From Candidatus Krumholzibacteriota bacterium (GTDB lineage: Bacteria > Krumholzibacteriota > Krumholzibacteriia > JAJRXK01): a stretch of 64,000 nucleotides of DNA. Each line of letters begins with the position of its first letter. Position 1 is the stretch's first letter. Of this stretch, positions 1 to 10,610 are shown piece after piece. The stretch spans positions 1,430 to 65,429 of the forward strand of contig JAJDAC010000041.1 of the NCBI GenBank assembly GCA_029262065.1, given 5' to 3'. A program made the translations under genes and the position numbers. The notes under the pieces were generated by a model that did not search any database, had not been told where the DNA came from, and saw only the letters and a program-made list of their open reading frames with translations.

Positions 1-1209
1 ACCCCACTGAACGGGCGTCTCGCGGCGCAACGCGCAGCTCACGACGTTCTCGGCATCGGCCGCAGAGGATTCCCATCCCATGGGCGGAGAATTCACCAGG
101 CCAACACCCACGATCGGCGCCGATGAGTGCGGCCGAATGACGCGATAGAGAGCCGTTTCGGCCGCCGATCGAGCCTGTAGGTCAGCCGCGGTGGTGCCCA
201 TCCAGTGTGAGCCCGCTCCGGCCGCGGAAAATGCGAACGCCAAGGTGGCCACCAGAACCGCCAATTTGCCCGGTCCTCGCGCGACCGCAAACGCCACCAA
301 CATTCCCAAGCCCAACACAGGTACCAACAGGTAACGACCGGCCGGGGCCCAGGGCACCAGACACCCAGCCATGACGGGAATGGCCACCAACAGCCAGGCG
401 CCGCGCACGGCGCCGTCTTCGCGCTCGTGACCCGTGCGGCCCACGGCAATCCAAAGCAACAGGGGCGGAACAATCATGCCCACACCACGGGCCAGGTCCG
501 ATGGCAGCGGCGACCCCCACGGAAGCCACAAACGGCGCATCAGGCGACCACCGTGCTCAGCGCGCCACCCCCACTCGCCACCGCCGGACTGCATGACCGC
601 CAGTGCAACAAGGCCAAGAACCACCGCCACCAACCCCGTGGCCACGGACCGGCGGTTCACGCGGCGCCCATCGGTAAGACTCCACGCCAGTAACGCCAGC
701 GCGACCGCATCGGCCCGAGCCATGATGGCCAACACGAACAAGGCAATTGCCAGCTTCTGCGACCGCCCGCCCTTCAGGAACAGAACCAGCGCCCACACCC
801 CCAAAGCGCCAGCCCAGAGACCATTGCTGGCGCTGGCCCACACCCGCAGTTCCAGTAGGGCCGCATGGGTGCCCACCACGGCCACGCCGGCCGCCACCGC
901 CAAAGGTGATCGGGGCAGCAATACGCCGAACAGGCGTACCACGCCCATCAGCAGGAGCAGGGCGCCCAGCAACATGAACGCGTGCATGGCGAACGGATCG
1001 TCACCGAACAACGTGGTGACCGACCGCCAGAGAAACGTGGCAAAAGGTCGGGCGAATACTCCGGTGGCTCCAGCGGGAGCCGAGGCCGGGTCCATGGCGT
1101 TCCAAAGGAACAGCCAGTCTTCGCGGGCATAGCCCATACGGAATGTGCTCGCCGCCGCCAGCAGCGATAGTATCAGCGAAACGGCGAGCGAAGCGCGTTG
1201 GATGGGCAA
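1..1209 (-). CDS. Multi-pass membrane protein, GT-C (PMT/TMTC-like) glycosyltransferase candidate; truncated by window edge
   Basis: Not in the ORF track because it runs off the window. I translated it from TTG at 1209: LPIQRASLAVSLILSLL...GYAREDWLFL...FARPFATFLW...GRYLLVPVLG. Acidic first loop, RP motif and RYLxxP are typical of GT-C. No stop seen down to base 1. Confidence 0.6.
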   Translation of the reverse strand, partial: MPIQRASLAVSLILSLLAAASTFRMGYAREDWLFLWNAMDPASAPAGATGVFARPFATFLWRSVTTLFGDDPFAMHAFMLLGALLLLMGVVRLFGVLLPRSPLAVAAGVAVVGTHAALLELRVWASASNGLWAGALGVWALVLFLKGGRSQKLAIALFVLAIMARADAVALALLAWSLTDGRRVNRRSVATGLVAVVLGLVALAVMQSGGGEWGWRAEHGGRLMRRLWLPWGSPLPSDLARGVGMIVPPLLLWIAVGRTGHEREDGAVRGAWLLVAIPVMAGCLVPWAPAGRYLLVPVLGLGMLVAFAVARGPGKLAVLVATLAFAFSAAGAGSHWMGTTAADLQARSAAETALYRVIRPHSSAPIVGVGLVNSPPMGWESSAADAENVVSCALRRETPVQWG

Positions 1210-1215
1210 CAGGGT

Positions 1216-3342
1216 TTAGGCCGGTTCGGGAGAATCGCCGCCCACGCGACGCGACACCAGGCTCTCTACCACCAACAGGATTCCCGCCAACATCAGGAAC
1301 AGCTGGTGGATACCTTTCCCCTGCCGGGCGTCCCGCAAGGAGTCGACGGTCGAGTCGCCCTCGAGGGCGCGAAACCGCGCGGTGCCGCTGGTAAAGCGAT
1401 CGCCAAAGTCTTCCGCTCGCTCGAACTGTCGGATGGATTCGCTCGTCGAAACGTTGACCGCGCATTGCGACCAGGTTTCTCCGTCCACCTCGAACGAGTA
1501 CACGCCCGGTCGATCGGCGCCGTCCCATTCCAACCGGGCCGGAGTGGTCGATGCGTCGATGGTCGCCACGGCTACTGTTCCGTCGGGACGACGAACCTGT
1601 ACCTGCGCTTCGGCCGAGGCCGCGTCGGGCGCCTCGACCACCAGTTGGGCGCCAACCTCGTAGTGTCGTCCAAAGCGCCCCCAGCCCGCGGTCGCCAGGT
1701 ATCCGGTGAGGCGCTGCACGAGCGGCAGAAACATGGGCGAATACGGAAGCGTGCCGGCGGCCGCGGCGGTGTGGAAGCCGCATAGGATCAGCCGTCCCTT
1801 ACCGGTTTCCACCTCGACTACCGCGGCACCCCGATCGGCGAAACGGATGAGCGGCCGTCCAATGTCGTCGGGCAGTCGGAAGAAGTTACGCAGTCGTGCC
1901 TCTTCCAGCGTCTGGATTTCCTCGTCTTCGAAGCCCGCAAACACCGGATGGTCACGATCGGCGACCACCAGCCTCTCGTGCACATCTGCTTCGCCACGGA
2001 ACTCGCCCAGACGCAGGTTGGTCCAGGCCGGCAGTAGACGCTCGTTCAAATAGGCTCGCACGCGCGGATCTCCGGCGAACAGCAACATGGTTCCGCCGCC
2101 CTCGAGAAAATCGGTGATCGACGAAAGGCGCGCGGCGCCGAGATTGCGCAGATCAACCGCCACCACCACATGGGTGGAGGGAAGCCGGTTTACATCGAAG
2201 GCGCTGGCGTTCTCGACCACCAGGTCGAAGTTGCCATCGCCACGACCGCCCGGGTCGAGCGCGGCCAGCAGGAACAACAACGGATCGCGCTCGCCCTCGG
2301 TGCCCACGACCCCCCGCAGAACCAGCGCCGGAACCTGCTCGCCCACCGACAACACGAAGAAACGTTCGTCGTCAGGGGGGTAGCGGTCGGGACGCAGTCG
2401 AATCGAGCCACCGAGATCGCCAGCCTGGGGCAAGGTGATGGGAAACACATGACGTCGGCTACCGCCGCCGGCCAGCTCCAGTTCGGTTTCGCCCACTGCG
2501 TTCCCCGCCACCTGTAGGAACAGTGGCAGCGGCAACGTGTCCGCCCCGTCCTGTCGCACGGTGGCCGCGACCCGCGCCGTCTGGCCGCTACGCAAAAGAG
2601 TGGCCGGTCGCTCCACGTCGGCCACCGATCGGTTCACGAACGGATCCGATTGCACCCGGCGCAGAAAAATGTTGGTGGGCGGGGATTTCTCCAACCGCGC
2701 GCGGAAACGCGATAGCCGCAGACTATCGGCTTCGACCATCTGGAAGTCGCTGACCAGGTAGATCTCACGATGATCGCGCGACGAACGACCGAGAAAATCG
2801 AGCGCGCCTTCCAATGCGTTGAAATAATCGGTGCTGCGATAGCTGGGGGTCGTCTCTTCCAGCTCGGCCAACACCAGGTTGGGATCGCGCACGAATTCTT
2901 CGAACAGCGGCTGGAAACCGTCGGTGAACAATGCCACCGCTACTTCGTCTCCCGAACCCAGCTCGCCGGCAATTTTCACGGCTTCCGAGCGCGCCAGATC
3001 GAATACGGTTCCGCCCGCCACCTGGCTGTGCATGCTGGCGCTCGCGTCCACGAGTATGACCGCGCTGACGCCTTCGCCGGCCGAGACCAGACTGGCCAGC
3101 CCTCCCGTCAAGGTGGGTCGGGCCATCGCCATGACCACGAAGGCAATGATGGCCACCCGCAGCAACAACAACAGCAGTCGCCGCAGATTGAGCCGCCGAT
3201 TCTGCTTTTCCTGCGTGGGAATGAGGAATCTCAACGGCGCAAACGGAATATCCTCCACGTTCCGACGACTAAGAAGGTGCAGCACGATGGGAATCGCGGC
3301 GGCCGACAATCCTATGAGATAGATGGGATTGAGAAATTGCAT
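1216..3342 (-). CDS. BatA-N/vWA domain membrane-anchored protein (MoxR partner)
   Basis: N-terminal F.NP...PIVLHLL BatA domain, MIDAS DASASM, SDFQ, C-terminal TM; downstream of DUF58 and MoxR. Confidence 0.85.
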   Translation of the reverse strand: MQFLNPIYLIGLSAAAIPIVLHLLSRRNVEDIPFAPLRFLIPTQEKQNRRLNLRRLLLLLLRVAIIAFVVMAMARPTLTGGLASLVSAGEGVSAVILVDASASMHSQVAGGTVFDLARSEAVKIAGELGSGDEVAVALFTDGFQPLFEEFVRDPNLVLAELEETTPSYRSTDYFNALEGALDFLGRSSRDHREIYLVSDFQMVEADSLRLSRFRARLEKSPPTNIFLRRVQSDPFVNRSVADVERPATLLRSGQTARVAATVRQDGADTLPLPLFLQVAGNAVGETELELAGGGSRRHVFPITLPQAGDLGGSIRLRPDRYPPDDERFFVLSVGEQVPALVLRGVVGTEGERDPLLFLLAALDPGGRGDGNFDLVVENASAFDVNRLPSTHVVVAVDLRNLGAARLSSITDFLEGGGTMLLFAGDPRVRAYLNERLLPAWTNLRLGEFRGEADVHERLVVADRDHPVFAGFEDEEIQTLEEARLRNFFRLPDDIGRPLIRFADRGAAVVEVETGKGRLILCGFHTAAAAGTLPYSPMFLPLVQRLTGYLATAGWGRFGRHYEVGAQLVVEAPDAASAEAQVQVRRPDGTVAVATIDASTTPARLEWDGADRPGVYSFEVDGETWSQCAVNVSTSESIRQFERAEDFGDRFTSGTARFRALEGDSTVDSLRDARQGKGIHQLFLMLAGILLVVESLVSRRVGGDSPEPA

Positions 3343-3360
3343 GGGCCGACCTTCCTTCGC

Positions 3361-4269
3361 CTACTGCATGGCCGCGCGCTTGTTGAGATAGGCAAGCAGC
3401 GCACGCTCAAAGGGAGTATCGGTGGTCAGGGGCACGTAGTCGATCTGATGCTGGCCGCACTCGCGGTTCAACCGATCGCGCCACTTGGCCACTTCGGCGG
3501 TGTAGGTTTCGCGCAGATGCCAGGGCTGCGCTTTTACCGGATCGAGTTCCTGCTCGGGGTCGATGAACCTGGCCTCTTTGGACAGGTTGAAGTCAACCTC
3601 GCGCGGATCGAGGACGTGAAAGACGATGACCTCGTGCTTGCGGTGACGGAAGTGCTTGATCCCCCGCAGTACCGACTCAGGATCGTCGATGAGATCGCTG
3701 ATGATGACGACCAGGCCACGTCGCCACATGCGATCGGCCAGCTCGTCGAGCACGCGACCCACGTCGGTCTTGGCGCCGGCCTTTGCCTCGTGCAACACCT
3801 TGAACAGGTGATTCAGTTGACGCCGACTGCTGCGGGGAGGAACGATCTGCCGCGGTCGTTCATCGAAGGTCACCAGGCCCGCACCGTCGTTCTGCTTGAT
3901 GAACAGATACGACAACGCGGCGGCCAACGTGCGGCCGTAGCTCAACTTGCTCAGCCGGTCCTTCTCCAGGGAGGTTTCCATGCTGGCCGATATGTCCAAC
4001 AGGATGCGCGCGTGAAGGTTGGTTTCTTCGTGAAACAACCTCACGTAGTGGCGATCGGTCTTGGCGTAGACCCGCCAATCGATGTTCTGCGTGGACTCAC
4101 CCGGCAGGTACTGGCGGTACTCGGCGAACTCCACCGAGAAACCGTGGTAGGGACTGCGATGCAGGCCTACCAAAAAGCCCTCCACCAACGTGCGGGCGAT
4201 GAAATCGAGCCCACCGAGGCGGCTGACCACCTCTGGCTCGAGCAGTCGCGTTGACTGCCGCGTTGCCAT
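3361..4269 (-). CDS. DUF58 family protein
   Basis: GLHRSPYHGFSVEFAEYRQYLPG...IDW, DISASM, ISD motifs. Confidence 0.92.
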   Translation of the reverse strand: MATRQSTRLLEPEVVSRLGGLDFIARTLVEGFLVGLHRSPYHGFSVEFAEYRQYLPGESTQNIDWRVYAKTDRHYVRLFHEETNLHARILLDISASMETSLEKDRLSKLSYGRTLAAALSYLFIKQNDGAGLVTFDERPRQIVPPRSSRRQLNHLFKVLHEAKAGAKTDVGRVLDELADRMWRRGLVVIISDLIDDPESVLRGIKHFRHRKHEVIVFHVLDPREVDFNLSKEARFIDPEQELDPVKAQPWHLRETYTAEVAKWRDRLNRECGQHQIDYVPLTTDTPFERALLAYLNKRAAMQ

Positions 4270-4282
4270 TACAGACCGGCCA

Positions 4283-5266
<984 letters not shown>

Positions 5267-5442
5267 GGGAACCTCACCTTGCATTTCGTTGACATTCGCG
5301 AATGTTGGGACCGCGTTCAAGGAACCTAGCCCAGAGCGACGCGTTGCACAAGCTGGCCGCGTTGTCGGACTCCTGGCCTTCTGCTATCGTCGCGATCTCC
5401 GAGTAACCTCTCATCCAACGGGTCAGATACCCGTCGTGTTCC

Positions 5443-6774
5443 ATGTACAATTCGAAACTTCTTTTCTACGTCTCGTTCGCCCTTTGCCTCGCGGGCTGCG
5501 GCGGCCAGGAACGGCCGGGCCCGCCCGCCCAGGAAGGCACCCGACTCCCCAGCCGAATCTACCTTATCGGCGTGGACGGGCTGACCTGGAACCGGGTGGA
5601 CCCCCTGCTCGAAGCGGGAGAACTACCCCACCTGGGCGGCCTGATCGATTCCGGGGTTCGCGCGACGGCCCGGGGCTCGGACCCGCTCACTGGCTCGAGC
5701 CTGTGGACCACGGCCCTGACCGGCAAACTCCCCGCCAAGCACCGGATCCTGTCGCACATGATCACTCTGCCCAACGGTCCCAGGGCCATGGCCCCCTCCT
5801 CGGCCCGGCCCACCAAGAACCTGTGGCAAATCCTGAGCGACGGAAACCACCTCGTGGCTTCCGTGGATTTTCCCGGCACCTGGCCCGCCGAGGTGATCAA
5901 CGGATTCCTGGTGAGCCCGTACTATTCGAAGAGTCGTTGGACCGAGACCGAGGAACACACGTTCGACCCCATCTACGGCTTCCGCGACACGTTCCCCAGT
6001 ACGCTCTACGATGAGATCCAGCCACTCACGTTGGGCATGGCCGATTTTCGCCGCGAGTGGGCCGGCCGGTTCTTCACGTTGCGCGAGAACGAATATCAAT
6101 TGCTGTACGACGAACCCCTGGGATCGGTGGCCAAGCTGGGAAACCCGCTCAAGGACTTCGCCCTGACCATGGTGCACGACCTCAGCAACGTGGAGATCGC
6201 GCGATACATAGATCGTGAGTACTCGCCCCGCGTGATCGGCGTTCACCTGGAGCTGCTGGACACTCTGCAACCCGTCTACTGGCCGTTTACCTACGCGGCC
6301 ATCTTCTCGCCCCCGGGCGAACACCACCGCCGCTTCAAGCGCAGCGTGGATGAGGGTTACCGCTGGATCGACGAACAGATCGGCCGGCTTTTGGAGGGCG
6401 CCGACGACGGTGCCGCGGTGATCGTAGTGGGAAGCTACGGATTCAAGACCGGCGAATCGATCGCCACCGATACCAGGGCCGCCCTGCCGGTACCGCAGCG
6501 ATCCGAGGAAACCGTGTTCATAGCCGCCGGACCCGGCCTGAAGTCGGGCCACGACCTGGGAACGGTAAACCTGACCGACGTCACCCCCACCGTGCTCCGA
6601 ATGGTGAATCAGCCGATCGCCGACGACTTCGACGGCGTACCCCTGAAGGCCGCGTTCACCGATGACTTCAGCAAGGCATTCCCCGCCGCGGCCCGCGAGA
6701 GCTACGACACCGGCTGGGATCCTACCCAACGATTCCCGCAGGTGACCCCTCCTCCCGTCCAGGAGGATCGCTGA
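5443..6774 (+). CDS. Alkaline phosphatase/nucleotide pyrophosphatase-fold lipoprotein, metal ligands degenerate
   Basis: Lipobox LAGC; IGVDG, LPHL..L...G, WTT..TG, TWPAE.ING, D.TPT.L motifs; SDHG appears as GSYG. Confidence 0.75.
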   Translation: MYNSKLLFYVSFALCLAGCGGQERPGPPAQEGTRLPSRIYLIGVDGLTWNRVDPLLEAGELPHLGGLIDSGVRATARGSDPLTGSSLWTTALTGKLPAKHRILSHMITLPNGPRAMAPSSARPTKNLWQILSDGNHLVASVDFPGTWPAEVINGFLVSPYYSKSRWTETEEHTFDPIYGFRDTFPSTLYDEIQPLTLGMADFRREWAGRFFTLRENEYQLLYDEPLGSVAKLGNPLKDFALTMVHDLSNVEIARYIDREYSPRVIGVHLELLDTLQPVYWPFTYAAIFSPPGEHHRRFKRSVDEGYRWIDEQIGRLLEGADDGAAVIVVGSYGFKTGESIATDTRAALPVPQRSEETVFIAAGPGLKSGHDLGTVNLTDVTPTVLRMVNQPIADDFDGVPLKAAFTDDFSKAFPAAARESYDTGWDPTQRFPQVTPPPVQEDR

Positions 6775-6776
6775 CG

Positions 6777-7952
6777 ATGACCCGCCGCGCCGACGTGCTT
6801 GTGGTAGGTGGTGGCGTCATGGGTGCATCCATCGCCATGCATCTGGGTTTGGCCAAGGCAGGACGGGTATGGTTGATCGAGCGAACCCATCCAGGGGCCG
6901 GATCATCGGGCAAGAGCGGCGCGATCTTGCGACAGCACTATTCCCACCGTGAAACGGTGCGCATGGCGAAGACCAGCCTGGAATTCTTCGAGCACTTCGA
7001 ATCAACGCACGGCATCGACATTGGATTCGAACGTCACGGAATGGTGTTCATTACCGACGCCACACAACGCGAACAACTGGCCGCGTTGGTGGCCATGCAG
7101 CGCGAAGAGGGCGTCCCCACGCGCATGGTCGACGCCACCGACCTCGCCGCAATCGAGCCGCGGGGCTTCTACCCCGACGACGTAGCCGCCTGTTACGAAG
7201 AAAATGCCGCGACCGTCCAGCCGCTGGCCACCGTGTTCGGCCTCCTTGAGGTAGCTCACAACGCGGGCGTTTCCATTTCCACGGGCGAGGAACTCCTGAG
7301 CCTGAAGCGGGAGGGCTCGCGCGTAACCGGGGCCACCACGTCGCACGGCGACATCGAAGCCGACCACGTGGTGCTGGCCACCGGTCCGTGGTCGGTGCGC
7401 CTATTGAAGGAACTGGGCTGGTCGCTACCGCTGGAGGTGGTGCGCCCGGAAACCACGTACCTGCGCACGCCACCCGCATTCGCCCCACCCTCGACCGTGT
7501 TCGCCGACCTTAGCCTGGGCACGTACTGGCGGCCCGAAATCGGCTGCACGCGGGTGGGGAGCGTCGATACCGACGCCGATGATCGGGTGGACGACCCCGC
7601 CAACTACGACGAGACCGCGAACCCCAACACCGCGCAACACCATCGCCGGCAAATCGCGCAGCGCATTCCGGGATTCGAGCACAGCGTGGTATGGGCGGCG
7701 GGTGGGGCGCTTTACACACTGACTCCCGATTCGCATCCTATCGTGGGCCCCCCGGCCGACGCGCAGGGAGTGACCCTGGTAACCGGATTCAGCGGGCACG
7801 GATTCAAGCTTTCTCCCGCTATCGGCGACGGAGTGGCCCGATGGATCATGCACGGCGACCCAGGCCGTTGGCCGGCGCCGTTCTTCTCCCCCGAGCGATT
7901 CACACGGGGCGAAATGCATGGCTCGGGCTACGGACGCGGGCTGCTGGGTTGA
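6777..7952 (+). CDS. FAD-dependent oxidoreductase (sarcosine oxidase beta/DAO family)
   Basis: GGGVMG, GSSGKSGA, TPDSHPIVG, GFSGHGFK motifs. Confidence 0.9.
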   Translation: MTRRADVLVVGGGVMGASIAMHLGLAKAGRVWLIERTHPGAGSSGKSGAILRQHYSHRETVRMAKTSLEFFEHFESTHGIDIGFERHGMVFITDATQREQLAALVAMQREEGVPTRMVDATDLAAIEPRGFYPDDVAACYEENAATVQPLATVFGLLEVAHNAGVSISTGEELLSLKREGSRVTGATTSHGDIEADHVVLATGPWSVRLLKELGWSLPLEVVRPETTYLRTPPAFAPPSTVFADLSLGTYWRPEIGCTRVGSVDTDADDRVDDPANYDETANPNTAQHHRRQIAQRIPGFEHSVVWAAGGALYTLTPDSHPIVGPPADAQGVTLVTGFSGHGFKLSPAIGDGVARWIMHGDPGRWPAPFFSPERFTRGEMHGSGYGRGLLG

Positions 7953-7960
7953 GCCAACGA

Positions 7961-9247
7961 CTACGTCGATTCGGCTTGGCGTAGCTGCAGCTCGCCACTG
8001 CGCACATGAAGATCGCGCTGCGGAAACGGTATCTGCACGCCTTCCTCTTTCAGACCATCCCAGATGGAAAAGTAGAGTTCGCTACGCACGCGCGGCAAGA
8101 ACCACGCATCGTCGATCCAGGCCCGCAGCTGAAAATCCAACGAGCTGTCACCGAAGTCCATGAACAAGACGGTTGGTCGCGGGTGTCGGAGAATGCGCGG
8201 GTTCTCTTCGGCGACCTTCAGGAGAATTTCTTCGATCTTGCGCGGCTCGCTCTCGTAGCTGACGCCCACGTCCACATCGACCCGCTTCAGTCGATCGCGA
8301 AAACTGTAGTTGGTGACCTGATTGCTCACCAGATCGCTGTTGGGAACAATGATGTCATCGCCGCCGCGGGTTCGAATGATGCTACTGCGCAGCCCCACGC
8401 TCATGACCCGACCATCGGTTCCCGCCACGGTGAGTACGTCGCCCTTCTTGACGGATCGTTCGAACAATAGAATGAGACCGCTGGTGAAGTTGTTCACCAC
8501 GTTCTGTAGGCCGAAACCAATACCGACACCCAACGCACCAAATGCGATCTTCACCGTGGTGAGATCGAAGCCCATGGTATCCAGGCTCACGACAATGCCG
8601 AGCACCACGAGCAGGTATCGGAGCACGGTGCCGATGGCCTCGGCCAACGACAGTTCGATTCCCACCCCCGGCAGGAACTTGCTGCCTACGAATCGAGCCA
8701 GAAGCCGGCCGCCCACCACGAACAACACCAACACACCCAAAGCGCTGGCGATGGAAAACAGTGATACCGGCACCCGCCCCATGGGCCACAACGGTTGGCG
8801 CATCCACTCGATGAACGGGCCCAGGAAGTCGAGCTGCTCGGCCGCCGCCAGCACGAAGAACGATGGGATGAAAAGGCGCCGAACCTGTCGGCGCCGGTCG
8901 CCGCGCGGCACGAACTCGAGCGCCAGGACGTTGAGAACCCGGTAGGCCATGAGGAACAACAGCAGCGGCAGGACCCGGAACGCCTCGGTAGAGGCCTCGG
9001 GGTTGAATCGCGCGTAGATGCGACAGCCCAGCACGAACAGGCCCATGGCCAGCACCGGCCAGACCACGACCTCGAGCGCGTTGCGAAGGACCCGAAGATC
9101 GCGTGGCTCGTCTTCGTGGCGCTTCTGACGCAATGCATTGGTGACAAGACGCGCGGGAACCAGGGCTACCAGGGCGGCAGCCAGCAGAATTCCCACGTCC
9201 CGTACCCAGGGCGTGTTGAGTTCTTGAAGTAGCGATTCCACCGGCAC
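7961..9247 (-). CDS. mscS: Small-conductance mechanosensitive channel (MscS family)
   Basis: GALGVGIGFGLQNVVNNFTSGLILLFE, IIVPNS, FGDSSLDF, IPFPQRDLH. Confidence 0.93.
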   Translation of the reverse strand: MPVESLLQELNTPWVRDVGILLAAALVALVPARLVTNALRQKRHEDEPRDLRVLRNALEVVVWPVLAMGLFVLGCRIYARFNPEASTEAFRVLPLLLFLMAYRVLNVLALEFVPRGDRRRQVRRLFIPSFFVLAAAEQLDFLGPFIEWMRQPLWPMGRVPVSLFSIASALGVLVLFVVGGRLLARFVGSKFLPGVGIELSLAEAIGTVLRYLLVVLGIVVSLDTMGFDLTTVKIAFGALGVGIGFGLQNVVNNFTSGLILLFERSVKKGDVLTVAGTDGRVMSVGLRSSIIRTRGGDDIIVPNSDLVSNQVTNYSFRDRLKRVDVDVGVSYESEPRKIEEILLKVAEENPRILRHPRPTVLFMDFGDSSLDFQLRAWIDDAWFLPRVRSELYFSIWDGLKEEGVQIPFPQRDLHVRSGELQLRQAEST

Positions 9248-9260
9248 CTCGGTGGCGGGG

Positions 9261-10601
9261 TCAGCTATCTGCGGTCAGTTGGCGATAGCGCACGCCAATG
9301 GCCACGGCCAGCGCAAGCCATACCACCACCAGGCCCAGGTTGAACAGGGCGAAGTGTTTGGTTTGGAACGCCAGCCAGTTCGTTCCGGCGTACACGAGGC
9401 CCGCGGAAAGCACGTCCCCCGCCCGCACGAACACGGTATCGATGGCCTGCTTGGCCTTGTATTTCTGTTCGCGCGTAGTGGGCAGGAACAGAACGTTTCG
9501 CACGGTATTGTTCAACGAATAGTCCGTGGAGTTCTCGGCGGTCTTGGCCCACCGCACGGCGGTGAGCACGGGGTAGAAGACGAGTAGTGCGTACCCACCC
9601 AGAGCGATTATGGGCAGTATGAGAAGCGCGACACGTACGCCCATGTACTTGATGATGCGTGATACCAGGAACAGCTGGATGATCACCCCAGCCAGATTCA
9701 CCACGCTGAAGAAGTCCGCGTAGAACTTTCCGATGTAGGCGCCCACGCCCAATCCACCGGCGGTGCCGGCCGCCACGGCGTCTTCGGCGGCCGCGGTGAC
9801 CACGCGTCCCAGAATGTACTCGCCGGTGGTATTGACCCAGTTCAGGAACAACAACAGGAAGGCGATCAGCAACAGATAACGGTTGTTCCATACCAGCCCA
9901 AAGGCGCTGCCCTCACCGAGGGGTTCTTCTTTGGCGGGCTTGGAATCGCCGGCCGCCAGCTGACGATTCGCCTGGGCCAAGGACTCTCGATGCTCCACCA
10001 CATTGGTGACCCACAGACTCACGGCCAGAATGCCGCCGGCCACCAGAAGCATCTGGTACACGCCAAGTGGCTCGATCAGTCGACCCGTAACCCAACTTCC
10101 AAACACCGCGCCGATCGAAGCACCGAAGCCGACGATGGCGAAGAGCCTCTCGCCTTGCTCCTTGGTATACACGTCGTTGGCGAACGACCAGAACTGGGCC
10201 ACGACCATCAGGTTGAAGATGCCCACCCAAAGGAAGAAAACGACGCCCAGCGGCACCTTGATCTGCGCCAGCAGATAGAAAACCCCCAGGCAAGCAATGA
10301 AGAACAGCGTGACAAGGTTGATCAACCGACGCCGCGACAGGCTACTGGCCATCCGTGAGTACAGCGGCACCGTAATCATCAACAACGCCGCCTGCCCGAC
10401 GGAGGCGTAGCTCTTCACTTCGGCCCCGCCGCCCGCCAGTATCAGCGCCTCGCGCACCGGCTTGATGACGTAGTACGCCGTCAGGATCAGGAACACATTC
10501 AGCGCCAGCAAGAGCGCGGTACCGCCTTCTCCCTGACGGACCTCGGTGAACAGTCCCAGGAAACGCTCGAGACCGGTAGCCTCGGTCTTTGAGTTACTCA
10601 T
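9261..10601 (-). CDS. Npt1/Npt2 (NTT/Tlc-like) nucleotide / ATP-ADP translocase, MFS fold
   Basis: ~12 TM; YYVIKPVREAL, QFWSFAND, DYSLNN, KYKAKQAID motifs typical of NTT-like carriers. Confidence 0.82.
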   Translation of the reverse strand: MSNSKTEATGLERFLGLFTEVRQGEGGTALLLALNVFLILTAYYVIKPVREALILAGGGAEVKSYASVGQAALLMITVPLYSRMASSLSRRRLINLVTLFFIACLGVFYLLAQIKVPLGVVFFLWVGIFNLMVVAQFWSFANDVYTKEQGERLFAIVGFGASIGAVFGSWVTGRLIEPLGVYQMLLVAGGILAVSLWVTNVVEHRESLAQANRQLAAGDSKPAKEEPLGEGSAFGLVWNNRYLLLIAFLLLFLNWVNTTGEYILGRVVTAAAEDAVAAGTAGGLGVGAYIGKFYADFFSVVNLAGVIIQLFLVSRIIKYMGVRVALLILPIIALGGYALLVFYPVLTAVRWAKTAENSTDYSLNNTVRNVLFLPTTREQKYKAKQAIDTVFVRAGDVLSAGLVYAGTNWLAFQTKHFALFNLGLVVVWLALAVAIGVRYRQLTADS

Positions 10602-10610
10602 CGAGTGGCG

